Shown one piece after another: positions 45,548 to 58,634 of a DNA stretch of 64,000 bases. A program made the translations under genes and the position numbers. The DNA lies in assembly GCF_000143415.4 (NCBI RefSeq), contig NW_003314349.1:750214-814213 (forward strand). Reading direction: 5' to 3'. Position 1 is the stretch's first letter, and each line of letters starts with the position of its first letter. Below the pieces are notes generated by a model. It did not search any database. It was not told the origin of the DNA and saw only the letters and a list, made by a program, of their open reading frames with translations. The stretch comes from Selaginella moellendorffii (Eukaryota; Plantae; Lycopodiophyta).

Positions 45548-47847
45548 ATGGAGCCTGGCAGTGGAGGAGACGAAGAAATTCTAGAAATCTCGGCAATGGT
45601 ACGGTTCTATGTTATAATCCCTTTGCCGGCAGCGCTGTAGTGGATCTGTTCCACAGAACGATGAGCCACGACTAGCCGCGCAACCTCTCGAGGAGTTTCC
45701 TGTACAATGCAAATTTCTTTCCTAGGACTTATCTCGAAATCTGGCAATATTCTTTCACGCAGGGAAATGAGAGCCCAGCGCTCGAGCAACCGGTATGCTT
45801 TGACTCGATCTTCTTTTTAAAAGTCGTTAAAAGTTTCTTGTGCTAAATTCCAGGCCCCGCGAGCTCACAGCAAATTGGTACAAGCGTTGTTCTTGCCAAA
45901 AATGAGTCCGAGCGATATGTGTTTTGTAGCAAGGATTGGCGAGTCTATGTTGCTGGGCCTTATCATCTCTGGTAGCCCTCTGTGCTTCTGCGTGCTCTCG
46001 ACAGTCCAAGGAAAAGGTTCGTTCACAGCTTTAGCTTACTTTGCTGATAGAAAGTTTTCTAATGCAGAATCTCCAAGACGACCAAGCTCACCAAGCTGAC
46101 ATTGATGACGACGACGCACTTGAATTGGTATGCTATTTTCCTAGTCCGGATCTTTAAGCTTTGAAATCGTGCTCAGGACATGCAGCCTCTCCGAGGGCTA
46201 CCCTACATCGTGTCATGGTCGTTTATCCAGAAACTGGTCAACAGCACGTTTAAGTTGAAAGTGTATAATTTATAAATACAAGATTAATCTTACCACATAT
46301 CAATCGTTAGATGGTATAAAGTAAAAGTTTATAAACTACAAATATAAAATTAATCTAAATGAATAACAACTACTAGATGGTAAAATATTCCAGAATATCC
46401 AAGCATATTAAAATATATTTACTCTCTTAAAAATTTGCTTAAGCAAACAAAAAATTTCAAAAGCAATTAGTTTAACTTTTTACCCTAAACCCTAAACTTC
46501 CATTTTCTTGGTTGTCATACTCTAAACTTCAAACCCAAGACTAAGTGTAAACCCAAGATTAAGTGTAAGTTTTTGAATTTGAACTTCCAAATTCAAACTT
46601 AAAAATATTTAACCCCAAATATCTTAAGACCCTTAATCAATTGAAAAAAAAAAAGTGCACTCTTATTTATAAACTTTTTCCCTCTATATTTAAACTTCTA
46701 TGAATTGTCTTTTAAATTATTCTTTTTGGTTGCTTATAATCTACCACCCTTCCTTACAAATTCATGCCCTCATGAATTGAAGTTAAAAACTGTAGCTTTC
46801 TTGAAAGCCCTACTCTCTTAACACTCTACCCCTTGGGTCGAGCCCAACTAAACCTATTAAATATGAATTAACATGTGAGAACCCAGTGCTCGAGCAACCG
46901 GTATACTTTCAAAGATTTGACTCGATCTTCTCTTTAAGAGTCGTTAAAAGTTCCTTCTACAGAATTCCAGGCCCCGCGAGCTCACGACAAATTGGTACAA
47001 GCGTTGTTCTTGCAAAAAAATGAGTCCGAGCGATATGTGTTTTGTAGCAAGGATTGGCGAGTCTATGTTGCTGGGCGTTATCATCTCTGGTAACCTTGTG
47101 TGCTTCTGCGTGCTCTCGACAGTCCAAGGAAAAGGTTCGTTCACAGCTTTAGCTTACTTTGCTGATAGAAAGTTTTCTAATGCAGAATCTCCAAGACAAC
47201 CAAGCTGACATTGAGGATGACGACGACGCACTTGAATTGGTATGCTATTTTGCTAGTCCGGATCTTTGCCTGCATTTAAGCTTTGAAATCGTGCTCAGGA
47301 TATGCAGCCTCTCTGCATCGTGTCATGTTCGTTCATCCAGAAACTGGTCAACAGCACGGAGTGCACCGATGTGCCCATCTCGCTCAAGCGGAATCATTTC
47401 CTCACGGTGCAGAATCGCGGGACATACGCTCCCTACACCCGGTTTGCGGAAGCATATGAATGGTTGCGAATGTATCGTCCCGATCTCGGTAAGAGCTCAC
47501 TGTTTCTTATGGAATTCTTTTCAGCTTGAGCATGATCACCAGGTAACATCAGTGACGAATTCGAACCAGCTGACGACCCAGCGGTGTGGAAGTTCCTGTG
47601 GCACGGCACCGAAACGAGGAACGTTGCTTCGATCATGGCGAACGGAATGCAGTCAACGCCCAGTTATGCGAGGCTCCACGCTAGCAATGACTCCAAGGAC
47701 CACACGCTTGTGCTGTGTGCTACACTCTTCGCGCATAAGGTGGACGATGATCGTTTCACGGTGGACAGCGAGCGCCCATATCTCGTTCTTCCGCTAGCGG
47801 AGTGGCATCTTCGCCGCCAAGAGCTCCTGCCCTGCCAAATGTGCTAG
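45548..47847 (+). CDS. Micro-exon gene with a C-terminal PARP/ADP-ribosyltransferase-like domain (internally duplicated; intactness uncertain)
   Basis: GT-AG micro-exons lead to ...RFAEAYEWL...WKFLWHGTETRNVASIMANG...HTLVLCATL...RFTV...YLVLPLAEW, which resembles the PARP catalytic LWHG(S/T)xxxNxxxIxxxG motif. Confidence 0.55.
46564..46877 (-). mobile_element. Truncated decayed Cassandra copy (duplicate of 42437-42768)
   Basis: Colinear with the 42.4-kb copy; cut at the duplication breakpoint. Confidence 0.8.
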
Positions 47848-49369
47848 CGGCAGAAAACATTAGAAAGAAGATAGACAAAGAAAAAAAGACAAGACCGATA
47901 GCCCAGAAAGAATTTTCTTTTCCTCGCTACTTCACCGGATTTCCGCGGACAAGCGCCATAAAAAAATCACTGTTGCAGAAGAAAGCTTTACTAACGAATC
48001 GCGGATCCCGACAACGATTCTTTGACCAATAAAAGTCAATGTAAGTCAACGGCTCTTTCTCGGGCTTGCTTATTCAGGAGTAATAAGTAATTTCCCCTTT
48101 TCGTCTCGACTCTGGCCGAGCTAGGGACCTGAGAGAAATGCGATGGAACGCGACAAGATCGGGCCATGGAGCAAGATCATTCTCATGCCAAGGTTGGTTT
48201 GTCAACTTTGGGTTGGGTTTGCTATTCCATCACCTTTCCTGATTGAAAGAAGAAAGAAATATTGGTGTAAGGCTAGCCTGCGGTTTTAATGTACACAAAG
48301 CCTTAAAAAAAAGATCAAGTTTGATTTATCAGTGTGCAAGCTTTTTCCGAATGGCTCAGAACCAAGTTAAAAATCCAGCGTTTGCATGCAGCAACAATTG
48401 CGAGATGTTGGAGATGAAGATTGTGACAACTAGAGTTTGTCAATCAGGACCAATGCTTATGGAATGTGGTCACCATTCTTGGCTGGAGGTAGCACTTACT
48501 CTTTTCAGCTTGCAAGGAATTGACAAGTTTTATAAGAGCTGGACAGTTTGGAAATTTAATTACAAATTTGACAATACTTAATAATAATTTTACTTTAATT
48601 TGACAACCAAAACAGTTTACTTGTAATAGTGCTATTCTTGTTTATCAAGTTGCTCAATGTATAGTTCATTAAAAATTCTCAAATTTTTGCAAAGAAGAAA
48701 AGTTTATATGAAGATGAATGAGTATTATGGCCATAAAAGATAAACCACATTTTTATCCAATGATCATATGCCAAAAATAATTTTTTTTAAAGAATTCTAA
48801 ATTTATATTTAACTAGTGATTTTGTATTATACTCCACAATAAACTATTTGAGTAAACATCTCTTTAAATAACAAAATAACTTTAAAGTAACCATATTATA
48901 ATATTTAGGATGAGATCAATGTGATAAATCTCAAATGGTAGCTCTTAGGAGTTAATGGGTCAATAAGACAAATCTCAACTTTGATGGTTTTATTAGCTAT
49001 CATAAAGCTCAACTCATTGTACAAGGCTATGAACAAACAATATGGTGTGGATTATCTTAATGGGAACCATGGGAAAGAATCCAAAAGGTAAAATTAGGCT
49101 AAGAACACTAATGTGTTGAGGGCTAACGAATTGTGGGAAAGACAAGGTGTTTCCAAGGATGGATTCCCAATTGCTACTTATGAAGATGATAAGTGTTAAA
49201 ATTTTGTTTAGAATCACTTTAAAAAATAAACATACATGATAGACATGATTTCTTTGTCCATTGCTTGCTTCCATTGAAATAGACAAGGATTGGAGAATTT
49301 TCAATAGGTTATGAATGAAATACTTCAGTATATCAAATTTTCCAGATATAATTAAGTGTTGTTCTTAAT

Positions 49370-49740
49370 GCCAAAATATGAGCAGCAAAGCAACCTATTG
49401 GCAAGTCTATGTTGCTTTATCATCTCTGGTACAACCTTTAGCTTACATTGCTGATAGAAAGTTTGTAGACTCTACAAAACAAAAGCTTATGAAGCTGACA
49501 CATTTGAATTGGTATGGTATTTTCTTAGTATGTCTCCTTCATTTCCAGCTCAGGAAATGCCTCTAAGTCTTCTGTACATCATGCTTTCTCATTTTTCCAG
49601 AACAACATGATATGCATGGCTTGCTCAAGAAGAATCCTTTGCTCATAGTGCAAATGCATCTAGTTTGCATATGAATCGATGTGAAAGGATCATCCCAATC
49701 TCGGTAAGAGAAGTCAATGCTTCTCATGAATTACAAGGGA
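49370..49740 (+). pseudogene. Older diverged remnant of the PARP-like micro-exon gene
   Basis: Shares GTCTATGTTGC...TCATCTCTGGT, TTGCTGATAGAAAGTTT, TTGAATTGGTATG and ATCTCGGTAAGAG with 47060-47500. Confidence 0.6.
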
Positions 49741-50070
49741 GCTCTCAAAGTTTCCAGGCTCATAGTATCAAGCTCAATGATTTTGGCTATTATCAATTAT
49801 TGATACTTGTGTTATTATAGGGGATTTGCTACAAGCCAAGTCTCTTAGATTGTGGGAGATGCTAGCAAGCAAGAACACCATAGAAACCCATTAATCTCCA
49901 TATATGTCCAGTATAGAGACTCCATACTAGTGTTCCAAGATCCATGGGTGAAGCCATCATAATATTGTATCCTAGAACTTGATCCTCTCTTACTATGCTC
50001 AGAATGAAAAAAGTAAAGTGTCTTTGGAAATGTTTTGGGAGATAAGGTTAAATGGATTTTGTTAACCAAA

Positions 50071-50596
50071 TGTAAATAACTAAAGGGATGAAATACGATC
50101 CATAAGGGTTTAAATATAAAAGGAAAAGACCCATGAATAAGAGTGCACCCTTTTTTCAAATCAGTTAAGGGTCTTGGGATATTTGGGGTTAAATATCTTT
50201 AGGTTTGAATAATATTAGGTTGGGTGACTTCCTAGGAAGTTTAAATTTAGGAGTTTACATTTGGTATAAAAAAAAAGTCTTGAGTCTGACTCTATTGGTT
50301 AGGTAAGGGAATCACATTATATGTTGATTTGACATTTAGCAAACCTGAGGGGTAGGGTGTCAAGAGAGTGAGGCTCTTAGAAGAGTTGCAGCTTTTAGTT
50401 TCCAAAACAACCAAAAAGAACAACTCGAAAGAAGTTCTATAAAAGTTCAAATATAAAGAGAAAGGGCCCATGAATAAAAATGCACCTTCTTTTTCAATCA
50501 ATTAAGAGTCTTGGGATACTTGGGGTTAAATATCCTTGAGTTTGAATAGTACTAGGCTGGATGACCTCCTGGGCAGTCCAAATTTAAAAGTTTACA
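50071..50596 (+). mobile_element. Decayed Cassandra-type TRIM with internal deletion
   Basis: TGTA...TACA termini; 5-bp TSD CCAAA (50066-50070 and 50597-50601); 5S-like domain in both LTRs; TTTGGTAT PBS remnant. Confidence 0.85.
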
Positions 50597-51689
50597 CCAA
50601 ACACCATCACCTTTAGCACTTTATATCTCAAGTGGCTATATTTCATCTCAATAGGGTGCATTATTCCATGAGACTAACATATTCTTCGCTCGCATTTAAA
50701 GCTCTAGGTGTTCCATTCCATTCTTTAGTGTCCTATTTCCTTTTCTCTTCCCATTCACCACACGTGAACATGGTACCCTAACCCTAAGTTTGGCAAGTTT
50801 TTGGCTAATATAAATTAACTACAGGTGATTTTGTTTAATCAATCACATAAATATGTCAGATTTGGATTGTGCTATGGATATTGTTCAGTTGTCAATTACG
50901 TTTTGCATGCAGCAACACTTAGTTTTCTTAATAGTAGTGTTATTCTTATTTATTAATCCAATTAATCAAATGGAAGTTTATAATTATAAACATATTTATA
51001 ATTTACACAAGATTAATGTTATCAAATATCAATGATTAGATGGTAGAACAAACTAGAATATACTAGGAAGTGTTTAGGAAAGTTTATAAATTAAAAAATG
51101 TTTATAAATTATAAATATAAGATTAATCTAAATTGGATGGTAGAATATCTTTGAATATCCTTAAATATTTTAACTTTTCTTGAGAAAACTAATAATTACT
51201 GGAACTAATTATTATTATAGCGATAAAAAAAATTTAAGCTGGAATTATAATTACAAAACACAAGAGTAGTGTTTAACAATGTCAAAACATCCTTTTATGT
51301 TTAATATTATTGGTAAACGAGTAAATATGGAAACAGCATTTTAAAAACACCAACGACTCCTCTTAGTGCTGGGCTCTTCATCAAAACTGTCATCTTGCTC
51401 ATTACTAGGTTTGTACATGAGATCAAAACACACAGCACCTAATAAACCTACAAATAAAACATAAAATACTAATAATAAAAGCATTAAAATAACTTACCAA
51501 ATGGACTTTGCATTGGATACCCATATAAACATTGATGAACCTTTGGCACAAGCACCACCATCCTTTCAGATTTTTTGACTTTGGAAATCAAGTTACCCAA
51601 TGCTCGGTCATAAAGACCATGGCGTAATTCTCACCTGAAAAGACACACAATTAACCTCCCACAACTAGAAAATAAATACCTTCATTCAT

Positions 51690-54231
51690 CCATTGCTTTA
51701 TTGTCCATATTTTTTTCTCAAAGTTTTCTTCCCAATTGGCTTGCTGCCCTTCATAAACATCCCTATTACAGTACATTATAGTGAGCTTTATAAAGATTTT
51801 TTATACCTGTGTTTGCTCTCAATAAATAAAAAGAAGTCCTGCAGCATGTCCTCAGCATCCACCAGCTGTAGATGGATGAAGCTATCAGGTCCGTGGTTGC
51901 CAACACCAACCCAATAAAACTGCTGACTGTTGTCTCTTAGGAAGGCCTGAAATACATCTGCTGTATGTATCTGATGAGGCTGATGTGTCAGATGTCCAAA
52001 CTTTGCACCAGCTGGCAGCTGGAACTTCAAAGCTTGCATAGTTGCAGGAATGCAGAAATTGGAGGGAAGAATTTCTTCAAGTCTAAACTCAAATACTATT
52101 CCCTTCCCCTCACAATCATGAAAAAGCCACAACATATAGATCATCAACACAATGGACATCAGATCAGATACCTCCTTGTTTTTGGGATTAGAGATTAGTT
52201 TAGGTAGACACAAATCCTGGAGCTCTGCCACATGTAGGTTCTCGACGAGATGGTAAATGAGGAGTGGAGAGAACATGATGGAGAAAGCAGCATCTTCATC
52301 TCTTGATAATTTAATCTTCTCGTTAGATGGCAGCTCCTGTAATTGACAACCATAAGTTCTGACATAAACTCTGAAATATCAAAATAGTACCTCGTTGTGT
52401 AAGAGTCCAACTAAACCGCAAGACTCTAAAGACCCCCAGTTATCTTTATATCTGCTACCTGGCCAGACTAGTTCTTCCCGACGGATCAGGGTCCCCAGCA
52501 GCGCAACATAAAAAGCTCGTAACACCAACAAATACTTCTCGTCCTTAAGGTACTGATAATAAAAACCACGTTTGATATTACCCCAGGCAGTCGTTATTGT
52601 GTTACGGAGATCGATTTGAGTGAGATCTTGATTCACCTGTAACAAACATAGAAATTTTCTCGTCACATCAAGATAAAAGACAAGGAAACCTTTTCATAGA
52701 ACTTCGAAGCATCCAAATAAAGGTGGTCAGGCATCAACCCTCTCAAAAGGTGATCAAGCATGCGAGGATTCCCTCCTGATAACTTTATCAGGTTCCTTAG
52801 TCCGTCCTTGAGCTCAAATGGTTTCTCCATGTCCAGAGTATTTCCTAGTCTTGTAAGGAAGATTTTTGTAACTCTGACCACCTCGTGCTCTTTCAAAGGC
52901 CTGATAGGTATAAAAATACTTAGAGCCTTCTCCGTTGATGTGTAGCGCATTGTGGCCCCGGCAAATTCGGTCGTTGCTGCTGTAAGTATAGGAAACGTCA
53001 GGCCACCTCGGTTATCTTTGATATGTTGAACGTAGGCCGAGAAAGCATCATGAATCCAGGACAATGCGGGTGGGCAGCCGGGCTCAGGTTGGGCCTTGTT
53101 GACGTCATCAAAAAACCAAGATAGGAAAATTCGCTTATCCGCAGGAATCTTAAGACCAGTTCGAATGAAGTCGATCACATTTCCCAAAGTCAGCACATTC
53201 CTCAGGCCTGGAAATTTGTCATCCAACTGCCTGAGAAAGCGGCCATAACTAGTAGTGTTCATTGGACAAAGAGCTGCATGAAAGCACCGAAGGGCCAAAA
53301 CCTGTTCTGGTGCCAGGCCGTCCTCCAGGAAAGTTACATCCCCTGCCCTCGTAGTTTCAACCGAATGATACATTGTAAGATCTTTGCCGGTCTCCAACAC
53401 GTTGTTCACCATTTCTTTGAACTGCTTCACAAACCCTTTGTGGCCTAGCTGATCCTCTAGAAGGCCATCTATATCCCCTGTTTTTGTGTCCCTCTCCCAC
53501 GCTTCTCTGAGAAGAGCTGAGAGGCATGTCCCGACAGTTGTTTTACCTGCGCCAGGAAATCCGATGAGCATCAACAAGAAATCTTTTCGTTCAATATCCG
53601 AGGTATTGGCCGTCGTGTTCATGAAAGTTCCAAACACCCGTGCAGCGGCTGCCATGAGATGCTGAATCGTCTCCTCCCTTCCGACCAAAGTAAAATAATC
53701 TCCCAAATCCGTACGTAAACACGGCTGCCCACCGTTGTCCAGAAGAGGCAACTTGCAGGTTGGCACCCTCGTCTCAGGCATCCGGTGAAAACACCTTGCG
53801 CGCTGCAGTTTTTCTCCGTATACATCCAGCAACTTCGACACTACTACAACACAAACCGATCCAAAACGAACTAGCAAGCCAGACAGTCGCCAGACAGACA
53901 AGAGCAAGTGCTTACCTGCCGCAGTTTGAAGTGCCATCGCCAGGGTCGCTGAAACAGAAATATGAACTTGTCAAGCCACAAAACAGCCAGACAATCCTAG
54001 AGGAGGCAAAAGCAGCCAGCCCACAAAGGTCAACCACTTACTCTTAATATCCCACGGCTTTACATCCTGCAACTGCTCCTCTTCGTTTCGCAGGCGCTTC
54101 TTTTCCTCCCGCAGCTGCTTCTTTTCCTCCCACAGCCGCTTCCTCTTCTCGGTATCTTTTTCCTTTTCGATTTGTTTCTGGACTGCTTCGATTTTCTCCT
54201 CGACGCTCGCAATCGCCATGCCGGATGCCAT
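51690..54231 (-). pseudogene. Crinkler/RHS-type gene: coiled-coil header, P-loop NTPase and PD-(D/E)xK nuclease; premature TGA at 52379-52381
   Basis: Header VEEKIEAVQKQIEKE...LREEKKRLRNEEEQL; LVGREE; Walker A GFPGAGKTT; Walker B WFFDD; SGGNPRML; GPDSF...FIESKH. ORFs 52379-52666 and 51788-52276 are in frame across a TGA. Confidence 0.72.
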
Positions 54232-55316
54232 GCCTACCAAAAACCCTAATTGGCTCCTTGGAAAGTCATTTTTGTGACCTAAGTAATTAGTTCTTGATCA
54301 AATAAATTGTCCTCTTTGAAACTAAACAGATCTAATAAGGATTCTGAGTCATATTCAACAATTTTGAAAACTTGATTTATAATGAAGTACCAAGCCAATC
54401 AACCTGAACCATGTAATTGGATCAAGTGATTTATACTTTTGTAATGCTATTGTCAGAGGCCAAAGATTTAAGAATTTTTTAAATAAATGTTAGGGATCTT
54501 TGTTGATCGCAAACAAGCTGAGAAATTTAACTTTGTAAAAGAAATAAAAGAAGAAACTTTCCAGATAATAGATAAAAAATAGAGTGCAAGCATGGGAGTT
54601 GAATTCAACAAGCACTATTATAAGCACAAAGCCATGAACACTTGAAGATAATAAAATATTTATTTCCTATTGAATGCTTAGCTAAAAGATGTGAACCTTA
54701 TGTTGATCAAACAGAAGCTCCAAGAGCACACTAGCTTATCTTGTTCTCTTGAAATTGATATATTTACCAAGTTATTTAACATTTGCAATTAGTCCACAAA
54801 GTTTAGCAATTACTCTGTGATTTTGTGGATGGATGGATGGTGTTACAATGAATTTCCAAAGGTTACTATTCCTACCTAACCTTATAAGTGTCCCTCAATT
54901 TTATTTATTTCAAGTGAACCAAATGGATTCACACCTCTTAGTGATAGTGAATGCAAATTTGCCCCACACTAAATATCAATATGGGACATATAGAGCATTC
55001 GGAATATTTTGATTTCTAGAATATTCTTTTTTCTTTATATAAAAGCTCTGCAAGTGAGCAAGGGCAAAAGAAAGGCAATTGGAAAGAGCTTGAGTTTGTG
55101 ATGGAGGCATGAAAAACTTATGTTAGAGAGATAAAGACCCTCATCTCCTAACAAATGGTGAACCTAACATAACAAACTAGTGTAGCTTTTTTTTTGGAGA
55201 TTGATATAAATTACTTGATGGGTAAAGAGATTTTTTGGGGTTCTAGTGGCTAATTCATGTTTGAGGGATCATTGAGATTAATAAGAGCTCCCTCTTGCAC
55301 AAATTTGAAGCACAAA

Positions 55317-57640
55317 ATTATAAATCTAAAGCTTTTTTTTATTTCACTCAGTTTCAAAAAAATTTATGGTGATAGAAGCATTCATTTTGATTGTGCCTTA
55401 TTTAGTTTGAAGTGGTTTCTAAGAATCAAACCGCATATAAACATTTTTCTTTTGTATTCTCCTCTATCTTCACCACTTATTTTTGGAGGTTACAGATTTG
55501 AAGAATTGCTTGTATGGGTATTTAGATTTGGTCATAAAGATTCCAAAGAGTGCTTTTTTGATGAGCAGAGTGTAAAAAGTTGAAAGATCTTTCACTTTTT
55601 TTCACTCTTTTCTCTTTTATTTTCACAATTGAGTTTTATAGCTTTAAGAGTGAAATTTCTTAAGCATTCTTTGAAATTTTTTTGTGAGTCTCTCCTTTGC
55701 TTGTTAGCATTCATAGGAGTCCTTTCTTGCAAGGGAATTCACATAGAATTGTGTGTTTTGGTGTTATTTATGTCATACACTCCACAACTACAAATTTGAG
55801 GGGTTTGTTCTTTTTTGTTTCATCACCATTTCCATCTTTCTTGAGCATCTTAGATAGATATCCTCCAAAACTTTCTACCATATGCTTGCATATGAGATTT
55901 GACGCCAATTTAAGGAGTTTGGCTTGTGTTTATCTATTTTAAGTATATAAAGTGGTTTTGGCCATTTTCACTCTTTTTCACAGATGTCTCTTTTTGTGGT
56001 CATAGTTGGGCTTTCTGACGCATTCATACTCAAAATTTTTGGTGCTGCAGAGCTTGAGATATTCATGTTTTTATCTCTACAAGCTTGTGGACATAAGCAC
56101 CACTTTGGGCCTTTCAAACATCTTTCAATTTATGTGACTCTCTTCTCCTTAGTCTATAAGATTGTTCTAGTGGAGCTCCATCACTTGCACTATCTTTGTG
56201 CCATGCTATAGACTTCCAACTTTCCAACACAGCCAAGCTTCATGCTTATGACATGGAGATCCTTGCCCTTGACAAGCAGTGTAGGGCCGTAGTTAAGCAT
56301 CTTTTTGCTACAAAGCACAAGCTCATGGTGACCATTAACTCCAAAGTTTCTAGTTCAATCTTCTTTTCTCCTAGGAAGCTCATTTTTCTCAAAGAGCTCA
56401 CTCCCTTCTCTAAGTTCTTTCCATGGTGGCTTGGCCTCTACTTCATCCAATGCCAGGTGGAGGGTGGTTCCTACATGCTCACAGATGAGACTAGTTGTGA
56501 GCTTCCATATGCTCACAATTATCACCACCTCAAAGCAATCATGTGGAGATTTCTTTCCTTTTTCTTTCTCTTTCCTTTTCTCCACTTTTTTCACCTCTCC
56601 TCTTCTATTTTCAAGCTTTGTTACCTTAGACTATGAGTTCCAGATTGGGTTTTAGCCATGAGGTTGCATCAACTCATTTTGTATGTGAGCTCTACAGTTT
56701 CTTGGTGAGTCCTCACCTGTTTTTGGGATCCATCACCTTTGCTTCATTTAACTATTCATCACCACAACCACTCAAAATTGAGTGAAAACAACTGAAACCA
56801 CTCTTTGTACTCAAATAAATGAGTATAAGTGGTGAATTGCTCCAAAATCCACAAACTTGCATCAAATCTTGCATGCAAACACATGGTAGAAAGCTTTAGA
56901 AAATATCCTTGCAATACACTCAAAAACAAATGATGAAACTTTTCATAAGTGTATAATATATAAGATAAGCAGCACCAAAACTCACAATTCTTTATGAATT
57001 CCTTTGCAAATAAAGCATGTCCTTGTGTTAGGCCATCAGTATGCCGAAATAGCGCCAGACTCCGTTTGGCTCCGTTTTGCATACTGGTCCTAGCATTGGG
57101 ATGCTAGTTGTTTTAGGACTGTTCCAAGTCGCTCTAGGCTCCTGTCCCTTCACTCCTTGGGCTGTATGCTCGGGAGTTGCTCCGTGGTTCGGTTCTGTCA
57201 TTCTTTGGCTCCATGCTTGGGAGGACTCCTATGAAAGCTAGGAAGCAAAGGAAAGACCCACAAAAGAAATTTCAAAGAATACTCAGAAACTTTCACTTTC
57301 AAAACTCTAGAACTGAATCATGAAAAAAGGTGAAAGATCTCTCAACTTCTTTCATCAAAAAGCATTCTTTAGAATCCTCATGACCAAATCTAAACACCTA
57401 CACAAGCAATTCTTCAAATCCATGCCAAAATCTTAAACCTCCAAATTTAATTGGTGAAAATAGAGGAGAATGCAAAAGAAAAATGTTTGTATGCAACTTG
57501 ATTCTTTATGAAATCAGCTCATTTTAAATAGGAGGAGAAGCCACTTTGACCCAAATAAAGTGCAATCAAAATGGATGCTTTTATCACCATAAATCTGTTT
57601 AAAACTGAGCGAAATATAATAAGAACACTAGATGTATGAT
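55317..57640. repeat. Long diverged inverted repeat (arms ~55317-56000 and ~56760-57640)
   Basis: ATTTATGGTGATAGAAGCATTCATTTTGATTG (~55361) pairs with CAATCAAAATGGATGCTTTTATCACCATAAAT (~57563); CTTTCTACCATATGCTTGCAT pairs with ATGCAAACACATGGTAGAAAG. Confidence 0.75.
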
Positions 57641-58634
57641 CCTAAGAGTTCCTACAAAGTTAGATGAATCCACATTGTAGCCACCTTTAAAGTAAGGTTG
57701 TAGGGTTGTGATTACGTGAAGGGGAGGTCCTCAGTTACAATATTTAAGGATCGATGACTTGTTGTGACAAGTAAGTTGAGTGTCTCTCTAGCTGTAGCAC
57801 AAGTTGCTAGCTAGGCTCCTAGAAACTAACTACTTGAAACTGGTGTAGTGGAAACCTGAGTAGGAGAACTCATATTGAGATAAAGGTGGGTGACACCCAG
57901 GTGTCCAAGTATGGCCCCTCTCATGTTGTACATGCCTGTGTTTGCTTGGTAGATGGGACGAAGGAAAGGTAAGACACTTTGTTTGGAAATGCAACTTGTG
58001 TGGCATGGAAGTCATGGCAGACCCAATGGCAACTTGGGTGTGGTCCAAAGGAGGACACACTATGGAAGTTTAAATTTCATTGATCTCAATAGGGAAAAAT
58101 AGTTTAGTCTTGTAAAGTTTGGTTGGCTTCATCCAAAGTTGGTTTTGTAGAGACTCAAACTGAGTGGAAGGGTGGTGTTGTCACATTAAACTTTCTCAAC
58201 TTTTGCTCAAGCTTGCAAGAGCTAGCAAATACAAGTTTAGAAGTCAGAGTAGTTAGAGTCGACACAGTTATTACTTACAAGATTATTCACTTCAGTTTGC
58301 ACATTATTCTTTGATCGCTCCATTCTTTTCTAAGCTTTTTCTATTTCATGTAAGGTAGGGGTCCTATTAAGGGCCAATTATGTACCAATTAGATCTTTTT
58401 CCATTTCTAGTTGTAATGGAATCACTCAAGTCTCAATGGGACTTATCACTAGATCTCGAGGCACCTATTCTTGTCCAATGATCTCTCTCTTAGTTGCTTA
58501 GAGCTAGTGTAGTTGTGTCAGACTAAGACTTAAGGTTGGCTAGTAACCTCCGCATGGCCTTAAGACTTGGCAAGATTTGGCCAAGTCAGAACAAGGCATT
58601 TGCTACGAGGGCATTTGCTGAAGAGGTCTTAAAC

